A DNA stretch of 64,000 bases. Source: Bacillota bacterium. Lineage in GTDB: Bacteria; Bacillota; DTU030. This document shows positions 58,560-64,000 of this stretch, in pieces (position 1 is the stretch's first letter; the number at the start of each line of letters is the position of its first letter). The notes under the pieces were generated by a model that searched no databases, was not told the DNA's origin, and saw only the letters and a program-made list of their open reading frames with translations. The DNA lies in assembly GCA_012518435.1 (NCBI GenBank), contig JAAYSG010000037.1, positions 14,895 to 78,894 of the forward strand, given 5' to 3'. Both the position numbers and the translations under genes were made by a program.

Positions 58560-60287
58560 ATGCAGCGATTTCTCCAGTATTTGCGGCCATTACGCCTGGC
58601 CATTCTATCTGTCCTTATGCTGGTAACGGTGAGGGTGTTGGCGGACCTGTATCTACCCACACTGACGGCGGATATCGTAAATAATGGAATTATCCCGGGG
58701 AATCCCGGCCATATACTGCATGTGGGTATCCGCATGCTATCCGTGGCTGCTCTAAGTGGTGCAGCCTCCATTGCGGCCAGCTACCAATCAGCCAGGGTCG
58801 CCGCATCCTTTGCCCGGGTGGTGCGGGAAGAGGTGTTTACCCAGGTGGGGGACTTCTCCCTGGCCGAATTTGATAATTTCGGAACCACATCCCTCATCAC
58901 TCGGACAACCAATGATATCACCCAGCTGCAGATGGTCCTGTTATTTGGGATGCGCATGATCGTCACAGCCCCCCTCATGAGTATCGGCGGTATATTTATG
59001 GCCTTTTCCCTAGACCCCACCCTCTCCCTAATCTTTGTCGCCTCCCTCCCCGTCCTAATAGCAATTATAACCCTCATTGCCAGGCGGGGAATCCCCCTCT
59101 TTCGCAGGATGCAAAAAAAGCTGGACAAGTTGAATTTAATTCTGCGGGAGGCATTGACGGGCATTCGCGTCGTCCGGGCCTTTAACCGTGATACCTACGA
59201 AAGGGAACGTTTTGAGGAGGCAAACCTGGACTACACCACCACGGCAATTTCAGTTCAGCGAACCATGGCCATAATGCGCCCGGTGATGATGTTGATCATG
59301 AACCTGACGACAATCGCCATAATTTGGTTTGGCGGCCTGCGCATCGACAGGGGCTTTATGCAGCTGGGGGATCTGATGGCCTTTATTCAATACGGTACCC
59401 AAATCATGTTTTCCTTGGTCATGTTATCCATGATGTTCGTGCAAATACCCCGGGCCACCGCCTCTGCCCATAGGGTGGCTGAGGTTTTGGCTACTGTCCC
59501 TAAAATACACGACGGGGAAGCCGTGGCACCCAGAAGGCCCATAAAGGGTTACCTGGAGTTTAGGGATGTCACCTTTAGTTACCCCGGGGCAGAGCGCCCA
59601 GCCCTGAGCAACATTTCATTTCGGGCTGTCCCAGGCCAGGTCACGGCCATCATCGGCGGTACTGGTTCAGGTAAATCAACCCTTACCAATTTGATTTTAC
59701 GTCTCTATGATATCGATGAGGGCAGTATTCTCCTTGATGGCATTGATATCCGCCAATTGGCCCAGGAGGATCTGCGCCGAAGTATTGGCTTTGTTCCCCA
59801 GAAGGCGGTACTCTTTGGCGGCTCCATAGCGGATAATATCCTCTTTGGCAATGAAAATGCCACAAATGCGGATCTCATCTGGGCGGCGGAGGTTGCCCAG
59901 GCCGCTGAATTTATTGAAAAAATGCCCTCTGGCTATGCATCATTGATCACCCAAGAGGGTAGGAATGTCTCTGGGGGGCAAAAACAAAGGCTGGCCATTG
60001 CCCGGGCCCTGGCCCGTCGCCCACAGATTTATATCCTGGACGATTTTTTCTCCGCCCTTGATTTTCAGACCGGGGCCCGCCTGCGTTCAGCCCTTAGGCA
60101 GGAGACAAAGGATGCCACAGTCATTATCATTGCCCAGCGGGTAAACACAATCATGGCCGCCGATGAGATCATAGTCCTGGATGAGGGAAGAATGGTGGGC
60201 AAGGGAAGCCATGGGGAACTCTTGGCCACCTGCAGGGTCTACAGGGAAATTGCCGCGTCCCAACTGGTAGGGGAGGAAATTGCATGA
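58560..60287 (+). CDS. ABC transporter ATP-binding/permease (type I exporter)
   Basis: Six-helix transmembrane domain fused to an ABC domain: Walker A (GGTGSGKST), signature (SGGQKQR) and Walker B (ILDD). Confidence 0.85.
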   Translation: MQRFLQYLRPLRLAILSVLMLVTVRVLADLYLPTLTADIVNNGIIPGNPGHILHVGIRMLSVAALSGAASIAASYQSARVAASFARVVREEVFTQVGDFSLAEFDNFGTTSLITRTTNDITQLQMVLLFGMRMIVTAPLMSIGGIFMAFSLDPTLSLIFVASLPVLIAIITLIARRGIPLFRRMQKKLDKLNLILREALTGIRVVRAFNRDTYERERFEEANLDYTTTAISVQRTMAIMRPVMMLIMNLTTIAIIWFGGLRIDRGFMQLGDLMAFIQYGTQIMFSLVMLSMMFVQIPRATASAHRVAEVLATVPKIHDGEAVAPRRPIKGYLEFRDVTFSYPGAERPALSNISFRAVPGQVTAIIGGTGSGKSTLTNLILRLYDIDEGSILLDGIDIRQLAQEDLRRSIGFVPQKAVLFGGSIADNILFGNENATNADLIWAAEVAQAAEFIEKMPSGYASLITQEGRNVSGGQKQRLAIARALARRPQIYILDDFFSALDFQTGARLRSALRQETKDATVIIIAQRVNTIMAADEIIVLDEGRMVGKGSHGELLATCRVYREIAASQLVGEEIA

Positions 60288-62146
60288 CTAGAGATAAACA
60301 CCCAGTATCTCCCGGATTTAGACCCCGGGGGCGGGGAGGTAGGCATTTTGCCATGTCCCTACCGGCAGAAAAGCCCCTCCATTTCAAAAAAACCCTTTTC
60401 CGCCTTCTTCAATACCTTAAACCCCATTTGCCTTCCCTGCTTTTTGTGCTATTGGCGGCCATCATGGGGACAGTCTTTACCGTTCTAGCCCCCAGAATCA
60501 TGGGGGAGATCACAACTATTATATTTAAGGGCTTAATTGATAAGCTGAATGGATTCCCCGCTGCCCACATAGACTTTGGCCAAATTAAAAGACTACTTTT
60601 CCTCTTGGGCGGGCTTTACCTGGTTAGTTCCCTTTTTTTGTACCTGGAACATGTTGTCATGGTTGGTGTCTCCCAAGGGACCGTTTATAAACTGAGGAGG
60701 GAGGTTAGGGGAAAAATTACCCGCCTCCCCCTTAAATACTTGGACTCCCAGCCCCACGGTGAAATTCTCAGCCGGGTCACCAACGACATGGATCTCATCG
60801 GGAGCAGCCTCCAGCAAAGTATGACCCAGGTCATCGAAGCACTAGTTACAATTCTGGGTGTCCTCACCATGATGCTCCTGCTCAACCATTGGTTAACCCT
60901 CATCACCCTGGTGACCCTCCCCCTGTCCTTTGCCGTTACGGTCCTAATAACCCGCCGCTCACAAAAACATTTCGCCAACCAACAGAGGGAATTGGGGGAA
61001 CTCAACAGCCACATAGAAGAAATGTATGGCGGCCATCTGGTGGTAAAGGCCTTTAATTACGAGGGTAAATCCCGGGAGCGTTTCCGGGCTATCAACCAGC
61101 GCCTTTATGCTGCCGGCTGGCAGGCCCAGTTTATGTCGGGCATCATCATGCCCCTCCTATCCTTTGTCAACAATATGGGTTATGTTTTCATTGCTGTTGT
61201 TGGCAGTATTTTTGTCACCCGGGGCCTCATGGCCATAGGGCATGTGCAGGCCTTCTTTCAATACTCAAGGCGTTTTTCCCATCCCATTGTTCAAACTGCC
61301 AATATAACCAACCTGTTGCAATCAACCATTGCGGCTGCCGAACGTGTTTTCCAACTTTTAGACGAAGAAGAGGAAGCACCGGACCGGGAAGGGGCCAGGG
61401 GGGAATTCACACCCCGGGGAGATGTGCAATTTAAAAATGTGAGTTTTGGTTATAGGGAGGGGGAAACCCTCATCAAAAATTTAAATATAGACATCAAGGC
61501 TGGGCAGACGGCGGCCATTGTGGGCCCCACCGGGGCGGGGAAAACCACCCTTGTGAACTTAATGCTCCGCTTTTATGAAATCGATACCGGAATCATAAGT
61601 ATTGATGGTGTCGACAGCAGAAATATCCAACGGGGTGGACTGCGCAACATCTTTGGCATGGTTTTACAGGACACCTATCTTTTTACCGGTACCATTAGGG
61701 ACAATATTGCCTATGGACGGGAAGGGGCCAGCCTTCGGGAAATTCAAGACGCTGCCAAGGCAGCCCATGCCGACCATTTTATTCGCACCCTGCCGGGGGG
61801 CTATGACACCCTTCTCAATGAAGGGGCAAGCAATATCTCCTATGGCCAAAGGCAACTCCTTACCCTGGCCCGTGCGCTTCTGGCTGATCCACCCATTTTG
61901 ATACTGGACGAAGCGACCAGCAATGTTGATACCCGCACGGAAATCCTCATCCAAAAGGCAATGGCCCGCCTTATGAAAGGACGGACCACCTTTGTCATTG
62001 CCCACCGGCTTTCAACCATCCGCAATGCCGACATCATTCTGGTCCTGAACAAGGGGGAAATTATAGAACAGGGTACCCACGAAGAACTCATGGCCCGGGA
62101 CGGCTTTTATGCCCGTTTATACCGTAGCCAATTTTCTGCCCCTTGA
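60284..62146 (+). CDS. ABC transporter ATP-binding/permease (type I exporter, heterodimer partner)
   Basis: Same architecture as the upstream exporter (GPTGAGKTT, SYGQRQ, ILDEAT). The 4-nt overlap suggests translational coupling. Confidence 0.85.
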   Translation: MTRDKHPVSPGFRPRGRGGRHFAMSLPAEKPLHFKKTLFRLLQYLKPHLPSLLFVLLAAIMGTVFTVLAPRIMGEITTIIFKGLIDKLNGFPAAHIDFGQIKRLLFLLGGLYLVSSLFLYLEHVVMVGVSQGTVYKLRREVRGKITRLPLKYLDSQPHGEILSRVTNDMDLIGSSLQQSMTQVIEALVTILGVLTMMLLLNHWLTLITLVTLPLSFAVTVLITRRSQKHFANQQRELGELNSHIEEMYGGHLVVKAFNYEGKSRERFRAINQRLYAAGWQAQFMSGIIMPLLSFVNNMGYVFIAVVGSIFVTRGLMAIGHVQAFFQYSRRFSHPIVQTANITNLLQSTIAAAERVFQLLDEEEEAPDREGARGEFTPRGDVQFKNVSFGYREGETLIKNLNIDIKAGQTAAIVGPTGAGKTTLVNLMLRFYEIDTGIISIDGVDSRNIQRGGLRNIFGMVLQDTYLFTGTIRDNIAYGREGASLREIQDAAKAAHADHFIRTLPGGYDTLLNEGASNISYGQRQLLTLARALLADPPILILDEATSNVDTRTEILIQKAMARLMKGRTTFVIAHRLSTIRNADIILVLNKGEIIEQGTHEELMARDGFYARLYRSQFSAP

Positions 62147-62237
62147 GAAAGCACCCACTGGGTCCCCACAAGCCCCCATGGCAGCCACTTCCACCCGGCG
62201 GTGGATGACGGTAAATAGGGTTTTGCCCCAGGGGCAA

Positions 62238-63344
62238 CTAAAAAAGAATTTTTTGGCGGCGCATACCCACATTGAGCAAAAGACCAATTGCTAACAAGGT
62301 TGAAAGCAGGGAGCTACCACCGTAACTGAGCAGGGGAAGGGGTAACCCTGTAATGGGCATAATACAAATGGTCATGCCCACATTCACCATTACCTGAAAG
62401 AGCAGCATGGTGACAACACCGCCGGCCATGATGGTCCCCAGCATATCCCGGGCATTGATGGCAATTCGGATCCCCCGGTAAATTATAATAAAATACAATA
62501 AAAGCAGCAGCCCCGCTCCCAAAAACCCCAGCTCCTCTCCCACCACAGAATAAATGAAGTCGGTATGCTGTTCGGGAATAAAATTAAGCTGGTTTTGGGG
62601 GCCGGCCAAAAAGCCCTGGCCCAGCATCCTGCCGGAACCAATGGCGATCATGGACTGGATGACATGGTAGCCGCTGCCCGTTGGATCTATGTTGGGATCA
62701 AGGAAAACCAAAAGACGGTTCTTCTGGTAGTCCTTTAGATATTTCCATAATATCGGGAGGGAAGCCCCACCGGCCAGTATTAAAGTAAAAATGTACTGCA
62801 TTTTTATACCGGTAAGAAAAAGGAGACCCAGGAGAATTGCGACAAAAACCAGGGAGGTACCCAGATCCGGTTGGGCCATTATTAAAACCATGGGTAGAGC
62901 AACATGGATCAAGACGGGAACAAGATCCATCAGAGTAGTCATATCCCCCATTGTTTTGGCCAGGAAATTGGCCAGGGTGATAATCAAGAATACCTTGGCG
63001 AACTCCGATGGCTGCAGGCGAAAAAAACCCAAATCTATCCAGCGGCCCGCCCCCTTGGCTTCGGCGGGCACCAGTAAAACGGCAAGCAGCATGGCTATAT
63101 TGGCTATATAGAGGTAGACGGCATAGTGGGCCATGGTATGATAATCAATTGTTAAAACCAGGGCCATTATTATTAGCCCCACCCCCATCATCATTGCCTG
63201 TCGCTTGACATAATAGTAGGGTGAAGTGTTCCCCGAAAGGGTGTGGCTAGCACTGGCTATCATCGCCAGACCAATGGCCATGACAAGAAATACTGCCAGC
63301 AGTAGTACAAGATCAAGGTTTTTTAACATGCGACGCTCAAACAC
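62238..63344 (-). CDS. SEDS family protein (FtsW/RodA/SpoVE)
   Basis: 368 aa with about ten transmembrane helices and conserved SEDS motifs. Confidence 0.8.
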   Translation of the reverse strand: MFERRMLKNLDLVLLLAVFLVMAIGLAMIASASHTLSGNTSPYYYVKRQAMMMGVGLIIMALVLTIDYHTMAHYAVYLYIANIAMLLAVLLVPAEAKGAGRWIDLGFFRLQPSEFAKVFLIITLANFLAKTMGDMTTLMDLVPVLIHVALPMVLIMAQPDLGTSLVFVAILLGLLFLTGIKMQYIFTLILAGGASLPILWKYLKDYQKNRLLVFLDPNIDPTGSGYHVIQSMIAIGSGRMLGQGFLAGPQNQLNFIPEQHTDFIYSVVGEELGFLGAGLLLLLYFIIIYRGIRIAINARDMLGTIMAGGVVTMLLFQVMVNVGMTICIMPITGLPLPLLSYGGSSLLSTLLAIGLLLNVGMRRQKILF

Positions 63345-63480
63345 TTCTCCTACCTCCGGTCAATGCAAATACCACCTGGCCACCATTATACCCCATGGGT
63401 AAAGGCCCGTCCATTAAAGATAAAAGGTAAAACATGGTGAAGCGCCAATGGGCCTGGCGGCCCCCCGCCCCATATTTTAT

Positions 63481-64000
63481 TTACAAGCTAGCCCCCACCG
63501 CCAAAAGCCGCATGGCCCTTTCGGCGGCAGCACTTATGAGCTCAGCGGCTCTAGCCATTGCCTCCTCAAGGGACATGGGGCCGGGAACAATTGCCTTTAG
63601 GGCATCTATACCCGCATCATAGACCACTTCAGCTCCGGGTTCGATGCAACCCACCAGGGCAATTACCGGCACCTTGTATTTTTGCGCCAACTTGGCCACA
63701 CCCACGGGGGTTTTGCCGTAAATGGTCTGATGATTAATTGCCCCTTCCCCAGTGATGACCAGATCTACCCCCTCCTCCAGTATTTCCTCCAGTTTAACGG
63801 CTTCCAAGACCAATTGGACCCCGGGGACTAGCCGGGCCCCCGTAAAGGCCATTAAACCCGCACCCAAACCCCCGGCGGCCCCGGCTCCGGGTATATCCTC
63901 CACATCCTGGCCCAGATCCCGGCGGAGAAGGGAAGCAAATCTATGCAAAATCCCATCAAGTTCCTCCACCATCTTGGGGCCGGCCCCCTTTTGGGGTCCG
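63481..64000 (-). CDS. Glycerate kinase (C-terminal part; gene runs off the window end)
   Basis: Glycerate-kinase-family C-terminal region (GAAGGLGAGL...VITGEG). The N-terminus lies beyond position 64000. Confidence 0.6.
   Translation of the reverse strand, partial: GPQKGAGPKMVEELDGILHRFASLLRRDLGQDVEDIPGAGAAGGLGAGLMAFTGARLVPGVQLVLEAVKLEEILEEGVDLVITGEGAINHQTIYGKTPVGVAKLAQKYKVPVIALVGCIEPGAEVVYDAGIDALKAIVPGPMSLEEAMARAAELISAAAERAMRLLAVGASL

Noticed and set aside
1-64000. CRISPR arrays, rRNA or tRNA genes, transposase or integrase genes
   Set aside because: No regularly spaced direct repeats, no rRNA-like or tRNA cloverleaf segments and no transposase or recombinase ORFs were detected. The only mobile-element signature is the group II intron remnant.

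Overview
This window is a gene-dense chromosomal segment of a spore-forming, apparently anaerobic Firmicute (class Clostridia, roughly 55% GC), with most genes on the minus strand.

The backbone is the conserved sporulation/housekeeping neighbourhood known from Bacillus as yqh-yqi. In order it carries:
- steA plus an MctB/SteB-like gene
- spo0A, spoIVB, recN, argR, nadK, tlyA, dxs
- a small four-helix membrane protein, then a roughly 700-nt structured non-coding region
- ispA, xseB, xseA, nusB
- DUF2273, amaP and asp23
- a complete spoIIIAA-AH operon
- efp, pepP, tldE and tldD
- a type IV pilus cluster: pilM, pilN, pilO, a ComFB-like gene, minor pilins, pilD, pilA, pilC and pilB
- yqeG
- a NitT/TauT-type ABC importer
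- an intact pro-sigK
- a SpoVD-like penicillin-binding protein, mltG, rng
- a TIGR03960/TIGR03936 radical-SAM pair
- spoIVFA- and spoIVFB-like proteases, DUF362 and DUF2892 genes
- a metallophosphoesterase, a sensor histidine kinase, two ABC exporters, a SEDS gene and a partial glycerate kinase

The points most worth a second look are:
- The dxs / small membrane protein / long non-coding region / ispA arrangement is the hallmark of the OLE ribonucleoprotein locus (OLE RNA plus OapA).
- An IscA/HesB-like gene on the plus strand (56659-56949) carries an in-frame TGA exactly where the conserved cluster-ligand Cys should sit, followed by a hairpin. I read this as a candidate selenoprotein that the ORF track misses.
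- A degenerate bacterial class C group II intron sits immediately after a Rho-independent terminator. Its reverse-transcriptase ORF is frameshifted and truncated, and it abuts an orphan Dam-family N6-adenine methyltransferase wedged between spoIIIAA and efp.
- A highly acidic zinc-ribbon protein of unknown function lies next to efp.

No CRISPR arrays, rRNA or tRNA genes were seen. All coordinates of non-coding elements are approximate.
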